Assembly: GCA_016839785.1 (NCBI GenBank)
Contig: JAEOTQ010000093.1
Span: 1-27,610 of the forward strand
Origin: Candidatus Hodarchaeota archaeon
GTDB taxonomy: Archaea; Asgardarchaeota; Heimdallarchaeia; Hodarchaeales; Hodarchaeaceae
Length of the DNA stretch: 27,610 bases
Direction of reading: 5' to 3'
Shown one piece after another: positions 9,652 to 18,231 of this stretch (the first letter of the stretch is position 1; each line of letters begins with the position of its first letter). The notes beneath the pieces are model-generated. The model did not search any database. It had not been told where the DNA came from and saw nothing but the letters and a program-made list of their open reading frames with translations. The position numbers and the translations under genes are program-made.

Positions 9652-10326
9652 TTATTCAGGCCCAATGATATTATCATCATCACATGAATTATCTGTGAGA
9701 TTCCTATCGTATATATCTTCAAAGAAAATTAAATACGCTGTAACACTAATGGCCCCTATAAGGAATAATCTTGGGTCGGCCAACCAAGCTAAAACGGAAA
9801 TTGAGTAAAATAATCCCCGTATCCCGAATGACCAATGGTTCTGGGCACTTATTAAAGTATCCTTGGTAAAACGAAGACCGTTCATTCCACATACTTCAAA
9901 ATTTTGGGGACTGGAGGAAATTAAAATTGTAAATCGGACTAACATTCGAATTGCAAGTACAAAATTGAAGAGGCAAAAGACAAAAATTAACACAAGAACT
10001 ACCATTTGGATAAACCCAAGGGAGATATCAGTCCCCGTGATTAGCTCTTTAGAAAATATTTGATCATAAAAAGCAAGTAATAGTCCTAACAGAACTAATA
10101 GTGCGGAAATAAACGCAGAATTTGCCATTATTAGATTTCGTACAGCCTGAACAGCAATTAATGGAGAAGCTTTTACTCTTTCTTCGACATACTTTTCATA
10201 TACAAGGTTTAATGACCCTTTTCTTGATGTAGTCGGATGCTTAAGCCCATAAATTATCATTATACTATAAATAGTGATACAAAAGATGAAAACAATAAGA
10301 GCAGCAATATCAAGAGTTATTTCCAT
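9652..10326 (-). CDS. DUF599-like integral membrane protein
   Basis: IAVQAVRNLIMANSAFIS, FNFVLAIR, FGIRGLFYSI..LAW and 4-5 TM segments. Confidence 0.8.
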   Translation of the reverse strand: MEITLDIAALIVFIFCITIYSIMIIYGLKHPTTSRKGSLNLVYEKYVEERVKASPLIAVQAVRNLIMANSAFISALLVLLGLLLAFYDQIFSKELITGTDISLGFIQMVVLVLIFVFCLFNFVLAIRMLVRFTILISSSPQNFEVCGMNGLRFTKDTLISAQNHWSFGIRGLFYSISVLAWLADPRLFLIGAISVTAYLIFFEDIYDRNLTDNSCDDDNIIGPE

Positions 10327-10400
10327 AAGGGTAATCCTCGCAAACTGAATTTCTCATCGATATTTGACTGATGAGAAGAATATATTAATTTCATTTCTAT

Positions 10401-10610
10401 TTTAGAAACGGAAGCATCTACGGTTACTTTGTGTGCATGACGCACACTAAGACGTTGGAGAGGTGGTTATTTGTTAATCGAAGGTATTTACGTGGACTTT
10501 TGAGCGAGCCCCGCTCTAAAAGTGTTGTAGATGTGTCTGTTTGTTAATCGAAGGTGTTTAATGGGACTTTTGGCAACTCAGTTGCCACAAGATGTTGTAG
10601 ATGTGTTTGT
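10401..10610 (+). repeat. Three tandem 70-bp units with conserved flanks and variable palindromic cores; candidate structured ncRNA/ssDNA array
   Basis: Units at 10401-10470, 10471-10540 and 10541-10610 align without gaps. Units 2 and 3 match at 43/50 positions outside unit positions 31-50 but only 6/20 inside. Each core is its own inverted repeat. Confidence 0.9.
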
Positions 10611-10617
10611 TTTTTTT
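10610..10617 (+). terminator. T-run directly after the 70-bp array (possible archaeal terminator)
   Basis: TTTTTTTT follows the third unit. Oligo-T termination is established in archaea. Confidence 0.35.
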
Positions 10618-10728
10618 AGTATTACATTAGTAAATTTTTCAAGTAACAAATATTAATTTTCGTAAACGAAGCTTTTTCATATTTTTTCTCCTTCGATAAA
10701 TTTTGTATTGCTATTAGGTGTGAGTAAA

Positions 10729-11328
10729 ATGGATTTATTAGAGCCAATAGCTCGATCTTCAAATTTAATTAAGTTAAACGATTGCTTTATTATATTAATA
10801 GATGTACAAGAAGTTTTTTTAAAAAAAGGTTTGACTAATTCTGAAATTCAGACCTTTATTTTAAAACTAAAACATTTAATTAGAGTAGCTCAAGTTTTAG
10901 AAATCCCCATCATTATTACAGTAGAGGATATCAAGAATAATGGGTCAATTCCCGTGGATCTTTCTACAATGCTTCCAGCTGATTTTTGGATTTACGATAA
11001 ATTTATTTACAGCTGCTGGGGTCAGGAGGACATACAAAATGCTATTAAAAATATTGGTAAAACGGTTGCTGTAATGTGTGGACTTGAAACTGATATTTGT
11101 GTTTGCCAAACATCTATAGATCTACTTTCAAACAAGTTTAAGGTTGTTATTCTCAGTGATATCACATTCTCTAGGAATAAAAATGAACATGAAATTGGAT
11201 TAAAAAGGATGGAGAACAGCGGAGCGATTATTTCTACGTTGAAAACTTGGCAGGAAGAAATTGCCGGAGGGATTAAAACAGAAATTAATTTAAAATTGCG
11301 GAAACAAAATTTGTCGGATATTCCTTGA
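10729..11328 (+). CDS. Isochorismatase/cysteine hydrolase family protein
   Basis: Triad candidates IDVQ (Asp), YDKFIYS (Lys) and GLETDICV (Cys). AGGTGTGAG lies upstream of ATG 10729. Confidence 0.9.
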   Translation: MDLLEPIARSSNLIKLNDCFIILIDVQEVFLKKGLTNSEIQTFILKLKHLIRVAQVLEIPIIITVEDIKNNGSIPVDLSTMLPADFWIYDKFIYSCWGQEDIQNAIKNIGKTVAVMCGLETDICVCQTSIDLLSNKFKVVILSDITFSRNKNEHEIGLKRMENSGAIISTLKTWQEEIAGGIKTEINLKLRKQNLSDIP

Positions 11329-11463
11329 CAAAATTGACTGTTTACGAAAATTTCAACTCCTTTTAACCCATACAATATCCATTTTCCAAAAGAAATATTT
11401 GGGTTGAGTTAATATCCTAATACAATCAATATTTTGGTTAAATGACAGAAGGTTGGACAGATA

Positions 11464-12387
11464 ATGGAAATCGGCGCAACTTGTGAATATTCCCCTCTAA
11501 AAAAAGTACTTTTATTCCGTCCAGGAAGAGAGATTGAGAAGATAACGATTAAAACGTACAAAGAACTGTCCTTTAGAGATATTGCTTACTGGCGTCGATT
11601 TCAGCAAGAGCATGATCAATTTAGTGATCTATTAAAAGATGAACAAATTGACGTCACTTTTCTCAATGATTTGTTGAAAAATGAAGATTTGTCTCTATTA
11701 GATCCTAATCTTGTCTACATGCGAGATGCAGGGGCTATTGTAGACTCGGGATATATTCAAATGCGCATGGCTTCACAAGTTAGAGGGCCAGAACCAGTTA
11801 TTGTAGCTAAAGCCCTAAGATCCCTTGGAATTCAAGAATCGCATGTCACTACTTCTCCAGGGTTTTTAGAGGGGGGCGATCTTGTTTTTCCAGATGAAGA
11901 AACCTTAATGGTAGGGTATGGGACGCGTACAAATGAAGAAGGAGCGCTACAGTTAGTTACTAGCCTTTTGAATACTAATCTGAAGACAGTTATACTCGTT
12001 CCTTTACCTTCTTGGCGAGTTCATTTAGACGGAGGTTTAATGTTCGTTGATAAAGATCTGTTATTATATCATCCCATGTCAGTTACTTCATTTCCAGCAA
12101 GAATTTATCGTAAAAATGAACCAGTGGAAATTTCGCCTCTGATGGAAATCCTAGATGATAAATTTAGTCCTGAAAAGATTCCTATAACGGATAACGAACT
12201 ATATTTATTTGGAGCAAATGTAATCTGTTTAAATAGAAGGAAATGCGTAGTTTATGAGTGGAATGAACGGATTATTAATGAACTCGTACAACGTGGGGTA
12301 GAGGCTCTTCCAATTCAAGGTAGTGAACTAGCTCGAGGAGGTGGAGGCCCTCACTGTATGACTCTACCAATTCTAAGAAAAAAATAA
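11464..12387 (+). CDS. Amidinotransferase/arginine deiminase superfamily (pentein) enzyme, short form
   Basis: EYSPLKKVLL..PG.E, NLVYMRD, FLEGGD, RTNEEG, HLD, SELARGGGGPHCMTLPILR (Cys-His-Asp set). Confidence 0.9.
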   Translation: MEIGATCEYSPLKKVLLFRPGREIEKITIKTYKELSFRDIAYWRRFQQEHDQFSDLLKDEQIDVTFLNDLLKNEDLSLLDPNLVYMRDAGAIVDSGYIQMRMASQVRGPEPVIVAKALRSLGIQESHVTTSPGFLEGGDLVFPDEETLMVGYGTRTNEEGALQLVTSLLNTNLKTVILVPLPSWRVHLDGGLMFVDKDLLLYHPMSVTSFPARIYRKNEPVEISPLMEILDDKFSPEKIPITDNELYLFGANVICLNRRKCVVYEWNERIINELVQRGVEALPIQGSELARGGGGPHCMTLPILRKK

Positions 12388-12414
12388 AACCCTTTTGTAC
12401 CTCTCAAGGAAACT

Positions 12415-13173
12415 ATGAGACACATTGAAGTTTGTTTAACATTTGATTTTGATGCAGAAAGCGTCCAAGTTAGACAAAAAGAAGAACAAGGGAGAGTTTC
12501 AAAGGGTCAATTTGCTGTTAGGCGAGGTATCCCCCGAATATTAGCCCTTCTGAAGAAGTATGGAATAAAAGCAACCTTTTTCACATGTGGATGGGTTGCA
12601 GAAAAATATCCTGAACTTGTCAATAAAATAGTGGACGACGATCATGAATTAGGAGCTCATGGATACCTTCATGAGTATTTTGATCAATTATCGACTCAGG
12701 AAGAAGAAACTGTTATTGAAAAAATGACAACTCCTTTATTAGATTTCAGTGATAAAATCAAAGGCTTTCGAGCTCCATATTGGCAATTATCCCCAAATAC
12801 GCTCAAATTAGTTTCCGAAGCAGGGTATATATACGATAGTAGTCTATTTTCTGATGATAGACCGTATTTCATTCCATCTTTAAACTTATTAGAATTCCCT
12901 GTAGAATGGTTCTTAGACGATTGGGTAATATTTGAAATCCATCAACATTCTCCTACCTCAGCGCTTGATATTTGGAAATCACAATTTGATTCTTTCATGG
13001 AAATTGAAGATATTTCTACCAATCGTCGTGTATTTACCCTTACGTGTCACCCTGCGGCTATTGGTCATGTTTATCGATTAAATGTACTGGATAAATTGAT
13101 TAATCATATGAAAATGAATAACGTGACCTTTCAGAAGATGGGTGATGTAGCGGATCAAATTATCAACGAATAA
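12415..13173 (+). CDS. Polysaccharide deacetylase (CE4), PuuE/HpPgdA-like subgroup
   Basis: LTFDFD, GIPRILALL, ATFF, HGYLH, GFRAPYW, YDSSL, TCHP. Confidence 0.88.
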   Translation: MRHIEVCLTFDFDAESVQVRQKEEQGRVSKGQFAVRRGIPRILALLKKYGIKATFFTCGWVAEKYPELVNKIVDDDHELGAHGYLHEYFDQLSTQEEETVIEKMTTPLLDFSDKIKGFRAPYWQLSPNTLKLVSEAGYIYDSSLFSDDRPYFIPSLNLLEFPVEWFLDDWVIFEIHQHSPTSALDIWKSQFDSFMEIEDISTNRRVFTLTCHPAAIGHVYRLNVLDKLINHMKMNNVTFQKMGDVADQIINE

Positions 13174-13192
13174 TCTCTATTCCGAAAACAGG

Positions 13193-14158
13193 TCACAATA
13201 AGGAGCTTTTTCGGTTCACGAGAGAAACACCAATTATGATTAAGATTGTGGCTAATACATGGGCTAGGGGATCCACAATTTCCTTAAGTAAAATGGCTGA
13301 AAGAGAGACCCCAAAAATTGGAACCATATTTTGAAATATCGCAGCTCTAACTGCAGTTAGTCGTTTTACTCCTTCAATAAAGAACCAGTAGCCAATTAAC
13401 GTGGAAAATATAACAAGATATGAAACCCCCCACCAAACACGACCAGGTATCTGAAAAAACAAAACTGGATTGATATATTCAGGATTCAGAATCATAGTGA
13501 CAGGTATAGTAGTTATTAATCCGTAAAGGGATACCCAAGTTATGAGATAAAGTGATGTTATCTGATCCTTATGTGTTTCCAAAAAGATTTTTGAGGCAAC
13601 AGTGTATACTGCATAGGATAATGCTGCAATAATTATTAGTAGATTACCTAGAAAGCGATCCTCGGATATAATGTTTGGTGTAAGACCAATCACGAGCAAA
13701 ATTCCGATGAAAGCAAGTGTCGTACCTAAGATGATATTTCTGTTAATTTTCTCAATTTTAACTACAAGACATGAGATAATAACAACCATTATAGGATTAA
13801 CGGATAATAATACACTAGCATCACTAGCTGCTGTAAAAATCTGGCCAAATAACGTAGTAGCTTGATGAACTGTAACAGAAATAAACCCCATGAATCCTAA
13901 AGCCTTCCAATGCGTTCTGGCAAATTTAAAGTTCAATGATCCCTCTTTAAAATTTAAGATAAGAAGAAATGGCCATATGACTAGAAAATAACGAAGCAAT
14001 GTTATTATCATTGGTGGTACTGTTGCTCCCCCGACCTCTTCTGAAACTAACCACCGTCCAAGTGGCCAAGTGCCTCCCCAAATCAGTGCAGTCATAATTA
14101 ATAGAATATATGCAGTAAATTCGGATTTTCTCTCAGATTCTTGTAGATAGCTGGACAT
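13193..14158 (-). CDS. EamA/DMT family transporter
   Basis: LIWGGTW, ASDASVLLSVNPI, GNLLIIIAALSYAVYTV, RAAIFQNMVPIFG..LLKE and about 10 TMs. Start placed at ATG 14158 (ORF track gives 14239). Confidence 0.9.
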   Translation of the reverse strand: MSSYLQESERKSEFTAYILLIMTALIWGGTWPLGRWLVSEEVGGATVPPMIITLLRYFLVIWPFLLILNFKEGSLNFKFARTHWKALGFMGFISVTVHQATTLFGQIFTAASDASVLLSVNPIMVVIISCLVVKIEKINRNIILGTTLAFIGILLVIGLTPNIISEDRFLGNLLIIIAALSYAVYTVASKIFLETHKDQITSLYLITWVSLYGLITTIPVTMILNPEYINPVLFFQIPGRVWWGVSYLVIFSTLIGYWFFIEGVKRLTAVRAAIFQNMVPIFGVSLSAILLKEIVDPLAHVLATILIIIGVSLVNRKSSLL

Positions 14159-14274
14159 CTTCAAATTGATCATAAAAAAAAATTCATTAATACTATTCTC
14201 TTTCTCGCTTCTTCCATACACATAATTGAAATTTCCCAAGGGTTTTTCGATTATGAAAAGTGGGTTAAAAGAAC

Positions 14275-14994
14275 GTGAATATAATAGAGATTTTGGGAAT
14301 CTGGTTAGTTACTGCATCTTTAGGGGTCACTTTAGCTGCTCCTCTAGGGCCTATTAATCTAGAGTTAATCAAAAATGCACTTGATACTTCCATAACCCGA
14401 AAGGCCGCATGGATTTCTGCACTCTTAATTGGTATAGGAGCCATGACTGGGGATTTTATCGTGGCTTTATCAGCATTAACAGTAGGAGGAGAAGTGCTTG
14501 AGTCATTTTTCAGCAACTTATGGGTCAAATTTCTATTATTTGGTTTAAATTTGATAATTTTAGGTTATCTGGGAATTTCTACTCTTCTCAAAACACCAAT
14601 TGAATCTTCAAATTCTTTTAACCCAAAATTACACGATGACAAGTCCTTGAACCATGTTAAATCAATTTCGTTGCTTAAAAAGTATTTTACTGGGCTTTCT
14701 ATCGTTGTCACCTCACCATGGTCTTATTTATGGTGGACTTCAGTTGGTACAATCATTCTATTTAGCGATTTTAGCTTACCAGATCTGAATTCACGTTTAA
14801 TAATTGTCATAATGTTCTTATCAGGAATTTTTGCATGGATGATTGCATTTAGTTCTACATTAACAATAATTGGGAAATCTCCAAACCCAAAATTCTTTTC
14901 AAGGATTACCAAAGGAACAGCATTCATTTTACTTTTTTTTGCTCTCATTATATTGAGAGAGATGTTAATCACTTTGGGAGAATTATTAAATTAG
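14275..14994 (+). CDS. LysE/RhtB family exporter
   Basis: AAPLGPINL, GIGAMTGD, GLSIVVTSPWSYLWW and about 6 TMs. GTG start. Confidence 0.85.
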   Translation: MNIIEILGIWLVTASLGVTLAAPLGPINLELIKNALDTSITRKAAWISALLIGIGAMTGDFIVALSALTVGGEVLESFFSNLWVKFLLFGLNLIILGYLGISTLLKTPIESSNSFNPKLHDDKSLNHVKSISLLKKYFTGLSIVVTSPWSYLWWTSVGTIILFSDFSLPDLNSRLIIVIMFLSGIFAWMIAFSSTLTIIGKSPNPKFFSRITKGTAFILLFFALIILREMLITLGELLN

Positions 14995-15093
14995 GAAGAA
15001 AACTAGAGGCTTCAACTTCCGAAAAGCATTTGTATGGGTTCAGTCCCAAATATCATATTTAACTTAAATTCAAATATAAGTTGGTGAAAAACA

Positions 15094-16005
15094 ATTTCAT
15101 TACAAAAAAAAGAGGGAGTTGAGCTTAAGGATCTCCCCGAGGAGTGGGGAGGAGTTGTTCCACTTCACGTTTTTATTGAAGAGGCTAAAAATCTAGTACA
15201 GAACGCGGAAGAAGCGGGAGTCCATTTTCGTCTTGTTGGAGGATTAGCAATTAGACTTCATGTCCAACCACACGGCTTAGAGGATTTGTACAAGAGTTTA
15301 AAACGTCTAGGAGACAAAATAGAAATTACTGATATTGATGGGGCCATATCGTATAAACACATGAAAAAAATGGATAAATTCATGAAGAAAATGGGATACC
15401 TAAAACGTAAACCAACCTTAAGTTCTTCTGCAAGTCAAAGACGAATATATATCCATCCTAAAAACTGGTGGTTTATTGATTGTTTTTACGGTATGATCAA
15501 ATTTAATCACGATATCGAACTAGATCACAAGCGTATTGCCCTAGAACCTCTGACACTTCCATTAGCGGAATTACTTCTTGGAAAGATTCAGATAGTGAAT
15601 ATGAATTACAAAGACATTGCAGATACGGTTATGTTACTTCTTGCACATAAAATAGGCGAGTCTGATGAGCCAGAAACAATTAATATGAAGCATATTGGTG
15701 AAAAATATTTTAAGAAAGGAGCTTTCTCTTGGGGATTCTATCATACTGCAACAACAAATCTGAGTAAGATTAAAGATCTTTTAGCGGATGTTGACAACCT
15801 TTCAGAAGAACAACGTGAGGAGATCAGAGCCAAAATTGATGAGATGCTAAAATATTTCGAAAATCTTCCCAAAAACCGAGCCTGGAAAGCCAGGGCATCT
15901 ATTGGAGAGAAGAAGAAATGGTATCGTCCTGTTGAATCTAGTACATCAGTTGGTGAATTTCAATTATTTAGTGCCAAACATCTACTAGATAACCGTAATG
16001 ACTAG
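15094..16005 (+). CDS. Nucleotidyltransferase-fold protein (paralog A), probably starting at a non-canonical ATT
   Basis: The frame is open from TGA 15085-15087. The section upstream of the ORF-track start encodes ...FIEEAKNLVQNAEEAGVHFRLVGGLAIRLH. Then TDID, LLLGKIQIV, KDIAD. GGTGA lies 6 nt before ATT 15094. Confidence 0.8.
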   Translation: MSLQKKEGVELKDLPEEWGGVVPLHVFIEEAKNLVQNAEEAGVHFRLVGGLAIRLHVQPHGLEDLYKSLKRLGDKIEITDIDGAISYKHMKKMDKFMKKMGYLKRKPTLSSSASQRRIYIHPKNWWFIDCFYGMIKFNHDIELDHKRIALEPLTLPLAELLLGKIQIVNMNYKDIADTVMLLLAHKIGESDEPETINMKHIGEKYFKKGAFSWGFYHTATTNLSKIKDLLADVDNLSEEQREEIRAKIDEMLKYFENLPKNRAWKARASIGEKKKWYRPVESSTSVGEFQLFSAKHLLDNRND

Positions 16006-16014
16006 GAAAATTAT

Positions 16015-16878
16015 TCATCGTTCTCTAGCATCTACTCTGACGGGTTTTTCCCTTCTCATTTTTGATAAAAATCCTCCTTTATCCTTTTCTAAAAGAGGGG
16101 ACACAAAATCTAAAATTTTTTCGGCTTTCTGCCTTCCCTGTTCATTTAATTCGGAAGATTCTATTACTTTAGATAGATTTCGATGAATAATTGTGGCAAA
16201 CTGATCTTTTGTTTTGGAAAGACGTTCAAACATTTTAGTTCCGATACAACAGTCATACTCACTACTTAATTGAGGTTCAGTAAATATTGTATCTAATTCT
16301 ACAATTTTTGTATGAGGTTGGTTCAATACCTGTGCAATATCCTGAATATCTTTCAGATCAAAATCATCTGGATGAATAGGGTTTAATTTCAAGGCGATCT
16401 GAAATCCAGGAGGACAAATTACTGAATCTGCATAGCTTTTAGGAAGATCTTTGATATTAAACTTCCAACACATTCTTATTCCATTAACAAAAAGCTCTAC
16501 TTTTTGGAATTTTACATTGTCAATCTTGCTTTTCCTTCCGCGTTGAAGGTTTTCGACTTCCGAATCTGTCAGCTCTCTATCGGGTAAATAAAATTCTCTT
16601 CGAGGCATGGAGTACATATTTTGCACATTATTAAATGTTGAGTATGGTATAAACCCCAAATCTTCTAGAATCTTTTGTACTTTTTTATCTGCGGATTTTG
16701 GAAGCATAAATTCAATATCACTCATTTTTCGATAATCTAATTTCCCATTTATCATGTGATATATTCCTCCGCCCCCCCAAAGAAAACAAGGTATTGACCT
16801 TTCTTTGCATTGCCTTAATATCTCATAAGCACTTGCCATAAGCTTATCATTATGAGTTTGTACTGATTCTTCTATCAA
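16015..16878 (-). CDS. Nucleotidyltransferase-fold protein (paralog B)
   Basis: FLWGGGGIYH, RKMSDIEF, ALKL, KDIQDI and NLSKV are collinear with paralog A motifs. TTG start. Confidence 0.72.
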   Translation of the reverse strand: MIEESVQTHNDKLMASAYEILRQCKERSIPCFLWGGGGIYHMINGKLDYRKMSDIEFMLPKSADKKVQKILEDLGFIPYSTFNNVQNMYSMPRREFYLPDRELTDSEVENLQRGRKSKIDNVKFQKVELFVNGIRMCWKFNIKDLPKSYADSVICPPGFQIALKLNPIHPDDFDLKDIQDIAQVLNQPHTKIVELDTIFTEPQLSSEYDCCIGTKMFERLSKTKDQFATIIHRNLSKVIESSELNEQGRQKAEKILDFVSPLLEKDKGGFLSKMRREKPVRVDARER

Positions 16879-16974
16879 TATTTCATTCCAGCTCTGTTTT
16901 CCCTTTTGGTACCTGCATTTTTCCTTTAAGTGAACATTTAAATCTTGTCATTCACAGGAAGAATTTTTTCGGAA

Positions 16975-17985
16975 TTAGGTTTCAACACGTTGCATTCGTT
17001 TTATTTCCCCTTTATCGAGCTCAACTAAGAAACCCTTTAGAATTGCTTCTGTATACTCACTACCAGGATTTAAAACATAGGTTCGACCAATCTTAATGGC
17101 TCCAGGTGACTCATGAATATGTCCGTGTAGTCCAAGAACTGGTTGGTATGTTTCAATAGCTTTTCTAACTGCTGTACTTCCGACAGGCCCACGAATAGGT
17201 TCACCGTGTGAATATCCAATATAGGTAAGATCAGGATTTAAGAGAGGGGCCTCGTCGATTTTACTATCATGTGGAGGGGCATGGAAACAAAATACTGAAT
17301 TTTTTATGTTATTCACTTGAGAGACTAAATTCTCTATAGCTTCATGCATTTCTTCTTCTGATTGTTCACGATATGTGTTCCAAGGAGTAGGATTGGTCCA
17401 ACCATAACTAATCATCTCATGTTGATCGTCTAGATCTAATCTGGAACACTCACCAAAAATAACTCGTGGATCTTTCTGGATAACCTCATCAATTGCAAAT
17501 TTATCATCATTTCCTGGACAAATAATGATCTGAGTACCATCAGGTACACGTTTTGTGCCATCATTCATGGTATCGTCGATCATGTCGATCCACTTTTGAA
17601 GACCTTCCGCTTCAACTTGGTCGAATAGTTGATCCAATGGTCCTCCTTTAATCATTTTCTTTTCCTCTGTTATCGAATCAGAGGAAGAGAGTCTCTCATT
17701 TTCTTCTGGTGTTAAGCGATGAGGATAGGAGCCAGCCATTCTAGTTCGTTTCTCAAAATCTAGAATCTCTTGTTCTGTACTCATTACTACTTCCTGTTCT
17801 ACAGTTCCATAAATACTCCCTTGCCAAGTTCCATCATCTAATTGAACAATTGGTACTATTCGCTTGCCAGTAATATCTCCTCCCATTATTAAAGTATCTA
17901 CTTCCAGATATTTAGCAGCATTAAGAAATTTACGCCAAACAGCCTCGGAACCATGTATATCAGTACAATAAAAAAATCGAACCAT
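16975..17985 (-). CDS. Calcineurin-like (Icc-related) metallophosphoesterase
   Basis: TDIHGS, GGDITG, PGNDD, FHAPP, LHGHIHES, NPGSEY. AAAGGTGA precedes ATG 17985 (ORF track starts at 18054). Confidence 0.92.
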   Translation of the reverse strand: MVRFFYCTDIHGSEAVWRKFLNAAKYLEVDTLIMGGDITGKRIVPIVQLDDGTWQGSIYGTVEQEVVMSTEQEILDFEKRTRMAGSYPHRLTPEENERLSSSDSITEEKKMIKGGPLDQLFDQVEAEGLQKWIDMIDDTMNDGTKRVPDGTQIIICPGNDDKFAIDEVIQKDPRVIFGECSRLDLDDQHEMISYGWTNPTPWNTYREQSEEEMHEAIENLVSQVNNIKNSVFCFHAPPHDSKIDEAPLLNPDLTYIGYSHGEPIRGPVGSTAVRKAIETYQPVLGLHGHIHESPGAIKIGRTYVLNPGSEYTEAILKGFLVELDKGEIKRMQRVET

Positions 17986-18067
17986 AATTTCACCTTTATC
18001 ATTGGAATATTGCGAACACAAAATACCCTCCTTATTAATTAAATCTTCGGCCAAGATAAAACTAGTC

Positions 18068-18080
18068 GAAACTTTTATAA
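18068..18080. promoter_or_regulatory. Candidate archaeal BRE/TATA element in the divergent metallophosphoesterase/APC intergenic region
   Basis: GAAACTTTTATAA. A near-identical GAAAACTTTTAAT occurs at about 19997-20009, upstream of the 20024 ORF. Confidence 0.4.
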
Positions 18081-18231
18081 CATCAGGAAAAAACGTAAGT
18101 TTTTGTGCGTACTACTTTCTAATATGGATTTTATCTAAAATCTAGTATAAGGTAGAAGCTAATTATCCAATCTTGAATAAGTAATCTCAAAATTTAATTT
18201 CGAGAATAACTCTATCAATTGGTGAAAACTT

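Noticed and set aside
10431-10587. The hairpins as a guanidine-II riboswitch, SECIS or canonical integron attC
   Set aside because: The loops are not ACGR tetraloops. I saw no SECIS core or selenoprotein candidate, no clear RYYYAAC/GTTRRRY boxes, no cassette ORFs and no integrase. An attC-like role remains only an analogy.
10401-10610. The array as a CRISPR (TGTTGTAGAT resembles the 3' end of Cas12a repeats)
   Set aside because: The variable parts are only about 17-20 nt and palindromic, the conserved part is about 50 nt and degenerate, the adjacent TCTAC stem of Cas12a repeats is absent, and there are no cas genes.
15085-15087. TGA read-through (selenocysteine) extending NTase A upstream
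   Set aside because: The TGA is part of the GGTGA ribosome-binding motif, and the upstream sequence looks like AT-rich promoter DNA.
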